From Nostoc sp. PCC 7120 = FACHB-418 (GTDB lineage Bacteria; Cyanobacteriota; Cyanobacteriia; Cyanobacteriales; Nostocaceae): a stretch of DNA of 32,000 nt. The translations under genes were made by a program, and so were the position numbers. Below the pieces are notes generated by a model. The model was given only the letters and a program-made list of their open reading frames with translations, had not been told where the DNA came from and did no database searches. The DNA lies in NCBI RefSeq assembly GCF_000009705.1, contig NC_003272.1, positions 270,001 through 302,000 of the forward strand, given 5' to 3'. Shown piece by piece: positions 1-8,287 of the stretch. Numbering within the stretch: the stretch's first letter is position 1; every line of letters starts with the position of its first letter.

Positions 1-709
1 ACCATTCCGCATGACGTACTATAAAATAATCTTTGAAAAACAATGGAAAAAGTCGCCGTATTTTTATTGGTACTCTGCGGACAATTTTCTTGTGATAAGG
101 TAACACAGCCCCAAGGCCAGGAATGACAATTTGCCCTCCGTGAGTATGGCCGGATAATTGCAAATCTACTCGCCAACCTTGTAACATAGCTGCGGTGTCT
201 GGGTTATGGCATAAAACAATGCGCGGTGTGGTGGGTTCTAGTTGGTTAAAAAGCAACTGCGGATTAAATTCCCGATAGTAATAATCAACGATTCCCACTA
301 TGGGTAATTCTTCTCCCAAGGGATAGGCGATTTCATTCCACAGAACCTGAATACCAGCTTTCGTCAATGCTTGGGTGATTTCTGTTTTTGAATTTTTTTG
401 ATAAAGGTCGTGGTTACCCAGAATGGCGTAGATACCTGCATGACTTTGGAGTTTTTGCAGCCTCTTTGCGAGTTGGTGAATAGGTTGTGGGGTAGTAGTG
501 ACGTAATCACCGGTGAGTAAGACTAAATCTGGTTGTACTTGATTGCTAACTGCGATCGCTTCTGCTAACATTTCTTCCGACAGACGTAACCCATCGTAAT
601 GAAAATCTGATAGATGCACCAACTTCTTACCTTGTAGCGATGCAGACAAGCCTGCAATATTCACCGTCAATTGTTCTACACTCAACGGGCCAGATAAAAA
701 ACGGTGCAT
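1..709 (-). CDS. Metallophosphoesterase (calcineurin-like phosphoesterase); 3' end runs off the window
   Basis: This ORF is absent from the track because it is open at position 1. Reading the minus strand from ATG (707-709) gives MHRFLSGPLSVEQLTVNIAGLSASLQGKKLVHLSDFHYDG...LLTGDYV...ILGNHD...LCHNPD...SGHTHGGQ. That is the DxH / GD / GNHD / GHxH motif series of the metallophosphatase superfamily. Confidence 0.8.
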   Translation of the reverse strand, partial: MHRFLSGPLSVEQLTVNIAGLSASLQGKKLVHLSDFHYDGLRLSEEMLAEAIAVSNQVQPDLVLLTGDYVTTTPQPIHQLAKRLQKLQSHAGIYAILGNHDLYQKNSKTEITQALTKAGIQVLWNEIAYPLGEELPIVGIVDYYYREFNPQLLFNQLEPTTPRIVLCHNPDTAAMLQGWRVDLQLSGHTHGGQIVIPGLGAVLPYHKKIVRRVPIKIRRLFPLFFKDYFIVRHAEW

Positions 710-710
710 A

Positions 711-753
711 GGATTGGGAATAGGGAATTGGTACTGGAGACTGGAGAACTGGG
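711..753. repeat. Degenerate heptamer tandem array (STRR-like)
   Basis: GGATTGG GAATAGG GAATTGG TACTGGA GACTGGA GAACTGG: six 7-nt units directly upstream of the phosphoesterase start codon. Confidence 0.5.
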
Positions 754-1107
754 TAATTTTAGATTTCCGTTTTGGGATGAAAAATCTAAAATTTAAAATC
801 GCAAATCCAAAATTGCCTGGAGATGGGAGGTGAGGATTTGTTACTCAGCACTTACTTTTGAGTACATATTGGACATTCTCAGTTATATTTTCAGTAGCAT
901 TGAATCGTTATGATTTTTCCTCCTGTGTCTAATACTAATCTTCCGGTTTTATAGCTAATCAGCTACAAATGGAGTAGTGCAAGTAACTACCTATGAAAAA
1001 ATCTCTAAATTCATTGAGGTATAAACTGTCTGATGTTGTAACCTGTAAAGATGATATTTACTTTTCTTTACAAAGGATTTTGAAAGAAATCGCTCAAAAT
1101 CTAAAAC

Positions 1108-2997
1108 ATGGAAGCATCATTTGAAGTCACCCTACAGATGGCGATCGCTGTTTTTGCAGGTATCGGCGCTCAAGTCCTAGCGGCTTATTTGCGTGTACCC
1201 AGCATCGTCATATTGCTGTTGTTGGGCATTTTGCTAGGTGGTGATGGGGTTGGGTTATTACATCCCCAATTACTCGGTACAGGGCTGGAAGTGATTGTTG
1301 CCCTAGCAACGGCAATCATTCTGTTTGAAGGTGGATTGAATTTAGATTTACGCGAATTAGGTAGAGTTTCCCTCAGCTTGCAACGGCTTGTCACCTTAGG
1401 GACGCTAATCACCCTCATTGGGGGTAGTATGGCCGCCCATTGGCTGGGTGAATTTCCTTGGAATATAGCTTTTCTCTACGCTTCTATTGTTGTGGTCACA
1501 GGGCCGACTGTCATCAGTCCCCTGCTCAAACAAATCAACGTAGACCGGCAAGTGGCGACGTTGTTAGAAGGTGAGGGAGTTCTTATCGACCCAGTGGGAG
1601 CTATTTTAGCTTTTGTGGTGCTAGACACTATCGTTAACGGTGATGCAGACCCAGTAAAAGCCATTATCGGTTTAATAATGCGGTTGGGTATTGGTGCAGC
1701 CATAGGTGCTGCTGGCGGGTATTTCATGAGTTTGATTTTCAAGCGCGCCAATTTCCTTTCGTCTGAGTTAAAAAATCTAGTGGTTTTGGCTGTGCTATGG
1801 AGTTTATTTACTCTAGCGCAGATGATTCGCAGTGAATCGGGTGTGATGACAACTGTCATCGCTGGGGCAGTATTCGCTAACTCTTCAGTACCAGAGGAAC
1901 GTTCCTTACGCAGCTTCAAAGGTCAACTGACAATTTTGAGCGTTTCTGTACTGTTCATTCTGTTAGCAGCTGATTTATCCATTGCCAGCGTGTTTGCTTT
2001 GGGTTGGGGCAGCTTGTTTACTGTATTGGTCTTGATGTTTGTTGTTCGCCCTGTAAATATCTTGTTCTGCACTTGGAACAGTAACTTAAACTGGCGACAG
2101 AAACTATTTTTAAGCTGGGTTGCACCTAGAGGGATTGTTTCTGCCTCTGTTGCGCCCTTGTTTGCAATTTTGCTAACTCAGCGTGGGGTCAATGGCGGTG
2201 ATTCTATCAAAGCTTTGGTTTTCCTCACTATTATCATGACGGTAGTTTGTCAAGGATTAACAGCTGGTTGGGTGGCGAAATTTTTGGGCATCACTTCCCA
2301 AGAAGCTACAGGTGCAGTAATTGTCGGTTGTAATCCTTTGAGTTTGTTAATCGCCCGGTTCTTTCAAGAACGGGGGGAAAATGTCGTCTTAATTGATACT
2401 GATCCAGATTATATTGCTCAAGCAGAAACGCAAAATCTGCGGGTGATTGCTAGCAGTGCGCTGGATGGAGAGGTATTAGAAGAGGCGGGACTGGCATCGA
2501 TGGGAACTTTTTTGGCGATGACGAGTAATGGTGAAGTAAACTTCGTTTTAGCCGAAAGGGCAGCCGAGGAATTTAATCCGCCCCGTGTTTTGGCTGTTTT
2601 TCCCCGCGATCCTCAGGCGAATGGTTCGGCCAATAATAAAGTCCAACAAGCTTTTGTTTCTGATTTGCCCATTAAGACTTGGAACGAATATCTCAATGAT
2701 GGACGGGTGAAGTTAGGCACAACTACCTTGAGCGAATCGGAGTTTGCTAGCCAACAGGAACATATTCAAGAGAAAATTCGGAATGGGGTGTTAGTACCGT
2801 TGTTAGTAGAAAGGGAAGAACGCTTACAAATTATCCCAGCTAACCAAGAATGGGAAGTAGGCGATCGCATTATCTACCTATTACATGACCCCAGACCGAA
2901 CTTATTAAAACGCTTATCCGGTGCTAGTCAATCCACACCTCTAGTTTTAGAGACGTTACCAGAGGTGGAAGAAGTACCTTTAGCAAAGGTGCTTTAA
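1108..2997 (+). CDS. Cation:proton antiporter (CPA1, NhaP/NhaS type) with C-terminal RCK/TrkA-like domains
   Basis: 629-aa ORF with an ATG start. About 400 aa form a polytopic membrane domain with a Na+/H+ exchanger-like pattern (LFEGGL, PTVISPLL, DPVGAILAF, APRGIVSASVA). This is followed by a Rossmann-like segment (VIVGCNPLS..VVLIDTDPD) and a TrkA-C-like tail (EVGDRIIYLL). Confidence 0.85.
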   Translation: MEASFEVTLQMAIAVFAGIGAQVLAAYLRVPSIVILLLLGILLGGDGVGLLHPQLLGTGLEVIVALATAIILFEGGLNLDLRELGRVSLSLQRLVTLGTLITLIGGSMAAHWLGEFPWNIAFLYASIVVVTGPTVISPLLKQINVDRQVATLLEGEGVLIDPVGAILAFVVLDTIVNGDADPVKAIIGLIMRLGIGAAIGAAGGYFMSLIFKRANFLSSELKNLVVLAVLWSLFTLAQMIRSESGVMTTVIAGAVFANSSVPEERSLRSFKGQLTILSVSVLFILLAADLSIASVFALGWGSLFTVLVLMFVVRPVNILFCTWNSNLNWRQKLFLSWVAPRGIVSASVAPLFAILLTQRGVNGGDSIKALVFLTIIMTVVCQGLTAGWVAKFLGITSQEATGAVIVGCNPLSLLIARFFQERGENVVLIDTDPDYIAQAETQNLRVIASSALDGEVLEEAGLASMGTFLAMTSNGEVNFVLAERAAEEFNPPRVLAVFPRDPQANGSANNKVQQAFVSDLPIKTWNEYLNDGRVKLGTTTLSESEFASQQEHIQEKIRNGVLVPLLVEREERLQIIPANQEWEVGDRIIYLLHDPRPNLLKRLSGASQSTPLVLETLPEVEEVPLAKVL

Positions 2998-3000
2998 ACT

Positions 3001-3639
3001 TCAGCTAGTGACGCTTGCTTGTGTGAGTTGAATAATTTCCTCTCTCGTTTCTGCGTACATTTCTCGTTCTTGCCACAATAAGGCTGACAAATGTACCACA
3101 GCAAAAATTATTGCTGCAACGGAAACAAAATAATTGTGGAGTGTGTATAGGTGCAGGACTGTCAAGCTGCTAATAGCTCCTCCACCAGTGAGTATATCTC
3201 TCAACAGTGTACCAATGGCGGGAATCGCTTCAATATTGCCCAACTCGATATTAAAACGCCAATATCCTTCTTGAGTCCAATCTAAAATCATCGCCGTCCA
3301 ATCCAGACCGATCGCACTCAAGGTAAAGAAAATACCACTTATCCAAGCAATCAGCCAACTCTTGCGGAATTGTCGTCCTAAAAACATGATGACAATTTGG
3401 ACTAAGGCGATCGCAATCATGGCATTACCAGCAATATCATGGGCCCGATGGAACAACCAGCCATAAGCCACTTGCGTATCAATCATTCTCAAAGATCTAT
3501 AAGCTCCGCCTGCTGTCGGCTCGTAATTAAAAGACAATAAAATTCCCGTAGATACATAAATCAGGCACAGGGAAAGAATCACGACCGATAATATCGTTGC
3601 TATTCGCCGCAAAATCCTATCAAACTGGGTGTTTTGCAT
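3001..3639 (-). CDS. Cytochrome b6 (PetB)-like membrane protein, divergent stand-alone paralogue
   Basis: 212 aa with an ATG start. It aligns without gaps to cytochrome b6 over GWLFHRAHDIAGNAMIAIALVQIVIMFLGRQFRKSWLIAWISGI (b6: [44 protein letters not shown]). It also aligns over IEAIPAIGTLLRDILTGG (b6: VPEAIPVVGVLISDLLRGG) and LHNYFVSVAAIIFAVVHL (b6: AHTFVLPWLIAVFMLLHF). Confidence 0.7.
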   Translation of the reverse strand: MQNTQFDRILRRIATILSVVILSLCLIYVSTGILLSFNYEPTAGGAYRSLRMIDTQVAYGWLFHRAHDIAGNAMIAIALVQIVIMFLGRQFRKSWLIAWISGIFFTLSAIGLDWTAMILDWTQEGYWRFNIELGNIEAIPAIGTLLRDILTGGGAISSLTVLHLYTLHNYFVSVAAIIFAVVHLSALLWQEREMYAETREEIIQLTQASVTS

Positions 3640-3768
3640 AGTTCACCCCTCCTGGTTATTTGCATAGTATGTATTTTCTTAAATTTTAGCTTAAGAAATA
3701 TTAATATATTTGTATTTCTCATAAAAATAATTTACTTTTCCAAACAAAGCACCCGTCTAAATAAAAAT

Positions 3769-3898
3769 CCCTACACCCCCAATACGGTTCGGTTAAGGGA
3801 TTTCTTGGTTAAGGCAGGCAGGGGAAGAGAAAAATTATGAAAATAACCTCCTTTCCTCCCCTACTTCTCCGAACCGTATTGCCTACACCCCTACACCC
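3769..3898. repeat. MITE-like hairpin element: 13-bp perfect terminal inverted repeats flanked by CCTACACCC direct repeats
   Basis: CAATACGGTTCGG (3780-3792) is the exact reverse complement of CCGAACCGTATTG (3869-3881), with 76 nt between them. The interior has further imperfect complementarity (AGGGGAAGAGAAA vs CCTTTCCTCCCCT). The element is flanked by CCCTACACCCCC (3769-3780) on the left and CCTACACCCCTACACCC (3882-3898) on the right. Confidence 0.5.
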
Positions 3899-3941
3899 AA
3901 TTACAGCGAGAGTTTCACGTTTACAAACACGACATTCATGA

Positions 3942-4637
3942 TTAACCCAAATACTTTGTCCAAGCCTTCAACGGTTCTGGAGAGCCATACCAGATCCCTG
4001 GATTTCTGGGGGAATGTCTAACACCTTCAATAATCAGATTTTCTGCCCCTATCAAGTGAGCAGCCGCAATCGGCGTAATTCCATCACCCCAGGTGTTACC
4101 AGTACCGCAAGTTAACTGATAACTGCTATAAGCTAACCAGCCGCCTCGCCTTCTCTCTCCCAAAATAGTCTTTCCCGCCACGCAAACGTAACGGACATTT
4201 TGGTAAAAAGCTCCGGGGTAATTGTTGTTAACGAAATCTAGATTCCACCTCGTCCAGCGTTCTTGGCTGATGTGGGGTGTACCAAGGGTGACGAGAGTAG
4301 CAACTAAGGAATGGGCATTCCAGAGAGAAGTTTGCGCCTTACCCCTTGCAGCATAGGCCTTTTCACCCAAATAGATCCGAGAAATCCAACCGCCAGCAGA
4401 GTGACCAATCAAGTTAACTTGAGTAGCGTTATGTTCTTGTAAAGCTTGTTTGACTGTATTGTCGAGTTGTTGTATAATTGGCGCGACCGATCTACCACCA
4501 ATCAAAGGCAACCAATCCCGCCGTCTCAGAGGTACTGTAACTGTAGGAAAACCTAATTCTTGTAATGAGGTTGCTAGTTGCTGATAAGCGATCGCGCTTT
4601 CTAAATATCCAGGGACAATAACGGTAGGTAATGGCAT
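3942..4637 (-). CDS. Alpha/beta-hydrolase (lipase/esterase-like)
   Basis: The track ORF starts at a TTG (4676). The first ATG (4637) gives MPLPTVIVPGYLES..., a typical beta-strand-1 start. The nucleophile elbow is GHSAGG, and the later GTPH and VAGK strands fit the alpha/beta hydrolase fold. Confidence 0.75.
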   Translation of the reverse strand: MPLPTVIVPGYLESAIAYQQLATSLQELGFPTVTVPLRRRDWLPLIGGRSVAPIIQQLDNTVKQALQEHNATQVNLIGHSAGGWISRIYLGEKAYAARGKAQTSLWNAHSLVATLVTLGTPHISQERWTRWNLDFVNNNYPGAFYQNVRYVCVAGKTILGERRRGGWLAYSSYQLTCGTGNTWGDGITPIAAAHLIGAENLIIEGVRHSPRNPGIWYGSPEPLKAWTKYLG

Positions 4638-5104
4638 CTGAGAGCGATAATTTTGGGTTTTCAAATAGGGCAGCAACAGATTTTTAGAGTAACGAGAATT
4701 ATGGTCAGGAAAATAGCCAATTCGGCCACAGTTTCCAGATAACCAGAGGTGGTAATATATCGCGGCTTGCCAAAATATTACAGGGACTAGGGGCTAGGGT
4801 ATCTTCTTGCGGATATATTCATTTCGGTGGATGCGATCGCCCCAACAGCTAATTACCCTATGTGTAAGCTTTGGATAGTGCAGATCAAATATTTTCCATC
4901 GCTTCCTTGGCCAGCGCAACCAGAAGACAAATCACAACTAATACCCACAGCGTAGTAAACAATAAAAAATTAACAAAGTGGCTATTCTCGCCTGTTTAGT
5001 GCCAACATGGACAGTTATCATTTTTAAAAGGGCGCATTTATTGCATTCAAGATAATATTTTTCTGCTAGTCAACCGCAACCGAGCCGAGTGAACGATAAC
5101 AGTT

Positions 5105-6580
5105 ATGTCTTACGTCTCCCTGTTAAAAAATATACCAGACATCTTAGGACAGCCAACTGGGATAGCTGCAATAGCCTCTCTTGGCATCCACGGTGCTATT
5201 GCGTTGATTGTGCCATTGATGCCAGTTGATGCTAATAAATCTAATGAATCATCACCAAAATCAGTTGGTGTTTTAGAACTCAGTCAAGCAGACCAAAGCC
5301 GTTTACCACAAAGCGTAGATCCAAATCAAGTTGGTCTGCAAGCACAACTACCTCTACAATCACAATTTCCCCAACAACCACAACTAGGTAATATTCCTAG
5401 TTTTAACAACCAGACAGCTATTTTACCTCCTTTACCGCCACCGATTACCCCACCGATTTCACTACCACCCGTTTATACAACCCCTGATAATTATCGGATT
5501 TCCTCCTTACCCAGAAGTCAACCTCTGCGCCAATTATCCAGAAGGGATTTGCGATTTGATAACTCTGGCTTTAGAGCTGTTGGAGAAAAATTTACCCCAA
5601 CAACCCCTCCCAGTTTTAATGAGAGGGAAGTAATACCAGAAACATCTAGGACTCTACCTGTAGATAGATTACCGGAATTAAACGCGGCAAAACTCCCCGA
5701 TGATTTACCGCCGAATCTCCCCAGTAATACAACTCCACCAGTGGCTGATTCTAGTAATGATGCAGCGACTGTGGCTCCCATAGAACCCCAGGTAGCTCCT
5801 ATTGTCCAAGCGCCCAAAGTGAGTGATGATTTAGCTTTTGCTAACGAAAGTATTCCCAAATGGCAGCAAGGCTCTACGCTCAAAACACCTGAATTACCCT
5901 GGCAAAATCCTCAACAAAGATCAGAACCCGGACTAATTGCTCAGGTAAACTCATACGAAGACCTACGTAAAGCTCTTCAGCAAGCGTATCCAAACTCCCA
6001 AGAAAAAGCGGTTATTCGCAGCACAGTTGCGACAGATAAACCAGGTATTGAAGGTACTGTTTTAGGTTTCTTGGTAGTTGATACAGAAGGCAAAGTTTTA
6101 GATATCAAGTTTCAAGACAAAACTGTGTCTCCTGACTTGCAATTAAAAGCAAGGGAATATTTTACAAAAAATGCCCCTAAGGGAGACAGACAAATTAGTC
6201 GTTATCCTTTCAGCTTGAGTATCCAAAACAACAGCAATAATACTGCGGTGACTGAAGATAAAAATCCTGGTGTGGTTATTCCGCAACCTCCTTCGACTCC
6301 GTTAGTCAATCGTACTCAACCAGCAACAGCACCAATCACTGCTCCTAAACCTTTACCACAACTACAACTGAGGGAAGCTAATCCTAAACCTTCAACACAA
6401 ATACAAATCAAAAAAGACCAACCCACCCAAACACCAACTGTTGAGGCTTCACCTGAGACGACATCTGGCAAAAATCAGCTATCTTCAACGGTAGAATCTA
6501 GTCAAACACTTCTAGAAAAGCTGCGTGAAGCTAGACAACAGCAACAGCAAAGACAAGAGCCTAATTCTTCAGACAGATAA
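5105..6580 (+). CDS. Proline-rich, membrane-anchored TonB-like protein
   Basis: 491 aa. There is a single N-terminal TM segment carrying the S-x3-H signature (IASLGIHGAIALIV), as in the TonB anchor. A long P/Q-rich spacer (LPPLPPPITPPISLPP) follows, then a short beta-rich block (EGTVLGFLVVDTEGKVLDIKFQD...) resembling a TonB C-domain, then a P/T/Q-rich tail. The functional call is tentative. Confidence 0.5.
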   Translation: MSYVSLLKNIPDILGQPTGIAAIASLGIHGAIALIVPLMPVDANKSNESSPKSVGVLELSQADQSRLPQSVDPNQVGLQAQLPLQSQFPQQPQLGNIPSFNNQTAILPPLPPPITPPISLPPVYTTPDNYRISSLPRSQPLRQLSRRDLRFDNSGFRAVGEKFTPTTPPSFNEREVIPETSRTLPVDRLPELNAAKLPDDLPPNLPSNTTPPVADSSNDAATVAPIEPQVAPIVQAPKVSDDLAFANESIPKWQQGSTLKTPELPWQNPQQRSEPGLIAQVNSYEDLRKALQQAYPNSQEKAVIRSTVATDKPGIEGTVLGFLVVDTEGKVLDIKFQDKTVSPDLQLKAREYFTKNAPKGDRQISRYPFSLSIQNNSNNTAVTEDKNPGVVIPQPPSTPLVNRTQPATAPITAPKPLPQLQLREANPKPSTQIQIKKDQPTQTPTVEASPETTSGKNQLSSTVESSQTLLEKLREARQQQQQRQEPNSSDR

Positions 6581-6723
6581 GGCCAGGGAGTGATGAGTAA
6601 TAATTACTCTCCGATCTCCCACTAACTGACATCATGCACCAGACTATGAAAATCGCGGCTACACGAATTAAGCTTGCTTCTCAGCCCGAATTAGAGTCTT
6701 TCAGAAATGGTGCAAGGTGTCAG

Positions 6724-7089
6724 CTAACCCTCTTTTTCCAGATTTGACCAGTCTTTTTCTGCTTTTTGAAAAATATAAGCAGCCACTTCTAGAATTTCTT
6801 CAGTACTTAATTTGTCTTTAAAAGCAGGCATGGCGTTTTTGCCATACTGTATCTGATGGATAATGGCCTGGATTGAGTTCGTCTCATAATCTTCCAGGTA
6901 CTTTAATAATGCTTCTTTTTTGAGTGTTTTTTCAGAAATAAGTATATTACCACCGCCTATGTGGCAGGAAGCGCAGTTATTATTAAAAATTTTTGCTCCA
7001 GTTGGTAGTTCGGCGGCTAGGGCTGGACTGATAAATGTAAGTTTAAATATAGCGATCGCCAAAAATAATAGTAATAAAATTATTCTCAA
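6724..7089 (-). CDS. Cytochrome c6-family (c6-like) lumenal c-type cytochrome
   Basis: It has a signal peptide ending in SPALA-AE and the heme motif CASCH followed by IGGGN. The distal Met region GKNAMPAF and the overall ~95-aa mature length are as in cytochrome c6. The start is TTG (7087-7089), with GAGAGGA 8 nt upstream; there is no in-frame ATG. Confidence 0.85.
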   Translation of the reverse strand: MRIILLLLFLAIAIFKLTFISPALAAELPTGAKIFNNNCASCHIGGGNILISEKTLKKEALLKYLEDYETNSIQAIIHQIQYGKNAMPAFKDKLSTEEILEVAAYIFQKAEKDWSNLEKEG

Positions 7090-7202
7090 AGCATTTTCCT
7101 CTCAATCAGTCTCTAGCAACTTATGCCAGAAATACCAAAATCACCTACGCCCTTATGGGTAATCGATTCCGGGAATTAGGGACTCTATGGTGAGTATATA
7201 CT

Positions 7203-7219
7203 TTAATCTCAGAGATTAA
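7203..7219. promoter_or_regulatory. 17-bp perfect palindrome TTAATCTC-A-GAGATTAA between petE and the c6-like gene
   Basis: Exact 8-1-8 inverted repeat, read directly from the sequence. It lies 114-130 nt upstream of the c6-like start and about 180 nt downstream of the petE stop. Its role (operator or part of a terminator) is not established. Confidence 0.3.
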
Positions 7220-7396
7220 CGATTTGAGGAAAATTTACCCAAAATTTACGGTGACAAGTCCATTCCTGACTGCGCTAATTCGCATTTGTAACTCTTGGCT
7301 GGATAGGACTCGCCACCACTATTAATTATGGGTTCTGGCTCTTAGCTAGTTTTGCAGGGGAGCCGAGAAAATCATCTACTTGCGTCAGCGTTATTT

Positions 7397-7816
7397 CTAG
7401 CCGGCGACAGTGATTTTACCAACCATACCAGCACCACGGTGAGGTTCGCAGTAGAAGGTGTACTCACCTGCGGGTGCATCTGCTGGGAAAGTAGTGCTGG
7501 TGCTTTGGCCAGGACTCATTAACAACTGTTTGTGAGATAAAGACTTAGCTAAATCAGCACTCTTAGCCGGGTTTAGAGCAGCATCAAACACAACATTATG
7601 GGGAGGAACTTTGTTGTTTAAAAATTCAACCGTGTCACCTGGCTTGATTGTTAATTTTGCTGGTTCAAATACTAACAGTCCTTTATCGCTACCTAGTTTT
7701 ACTGTGTATGTTTCAGCCGATGCAGAAGGTGTGAACACAGCAAAGCTGCTAACAACTAAAAGAACAGTTAACACAGCTAAACTTAAGCGTCGCAAGCTTG
7801 CCGCAATCAATTTCAT
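7397..7816 (-). CDS. petE: Plastocyanin precursor
   Basis: The mature part, [46 protein letters not shown]...[21 protein letters not shown], matches my memory of Anabaena variabilis plastocyanin. The Cu ligands (H, C-x2-H-x4-M) are present. A bipartite signal ending in ASA-ET precedes the mature part. Confidence 0.97.
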   Translation of the reverse strand: MKLIAASLRRLSLAVLTVLLVVSSFAVFTPSASAETYTVKLGSDKGLLVFEPAKLTIKPGDTVEFLNNKVPPHNVVFDAALNPAKSADLAKSLSHKQLLMSPGQSTSTTFPADAPAGEYTFYCEPHRGAGMVGKITVAG

Positions 7817-7879
7817 GGCGTTCTCCTAACCTGTAGTTTTATTTTTCTTATTTCATTTTAAATAAAATCGACACCAAAT

Positions 7880-7894
7880 ATGACAATCTGTCAT
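7880..7894. promoter_or_regulatory. Candidate operator in the petE promoter: ATGACA-ATC-TGTCAT
   Basis: Perfect 6-3-6 inverted repeat, 64-78 nt upstream of the petE ATG. The TGACA/TGTCA half-sites resemble BlaI/CopY-family TACA/TGTA-type operators. Confidence 0.35.
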
Positions 7895-8238
7895 ACTTCG
7901 GGCAAATTTTTTTTGAGATCGCGATAAATCCAGGGAAAAATGCTCTGCGATCGCTAAAAATCACTATAATTACATGGCACTAAAAAACTTATGGCTAAAA
8001 ATACATCAATATATGCAGCCAGAGCGACAAATTAAATTTTTTATTTATGTGATGTAGATAAAAGATATCTTTCCCCTATACCCCTACACTCTCCTTCAAG
8101 TCATAGAGGCGCGGAGATTGCCCAATTTTATTAGCTGTGTACTCAGTACCTCAGCAAAAAATTCTGAGTACTGTGTTCTGAGTCCTGTGTTGTCTGGGAG
8201 TGAGGAATGCCAGTTTAAAAACTTACCACTCCCATTAG

Positions 8239-8273
8239 TCTCAGCACCCAGTACTCAGTACTCAGCACTCAGT
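8239..8273. repeat. Heptamer tandem array (ACTCAGT/ACTCAGC type)
   Basis: TCTCAGC ACCCAGT ACTCAGT ACTCAGC ACTCAGT: five 7-nt units ending 15 nt from the psbV stop. Related units in the opposite orientation lie at 8139-8190 (GTACTCAG...CTGAGTAC). Confidence 0.6.
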
Positions 8274-8287
8274 TAATTTCACAGGCT

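Noticed and set aside
1185-1919. Antisense ORFs 1185..1418 and 1476..1919 inside the antiporter gene.
   Set aside because: They have no motifs and low-complexity composition, and they are fully contained in a well-supported membrane-protein CDS on the other strand.
3634-3840. 68-aa plus-strand ORF in the PetB-like/hydrolase intergenic region.
   Set aside because: It runs through very AT-rich promoter-like DNA and into the MITE-like hairpin. It has Ile/Phe/Asn-rich junk composition and no SD.
5518-5883. 121-aa minus-strand ORF inside the TonB-like gene.
   Set aside because: It is the Gly/Ser-rich mirror image of the Pro-rich (CCN) coding strand, which is a typical antisense artefact.
7087-7098. 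The mini-ORF ATG CTT TGA overlapping the c6-like TTG start contains the same CTT TGA as the RF2 shift site; I considered a programmed frameshift.
   Set aside because: A +1 shift from the ATG frame runs into a stop after ~16 codons and is not the cytochrome frame. The SD spacing favours direct TTG initiation.
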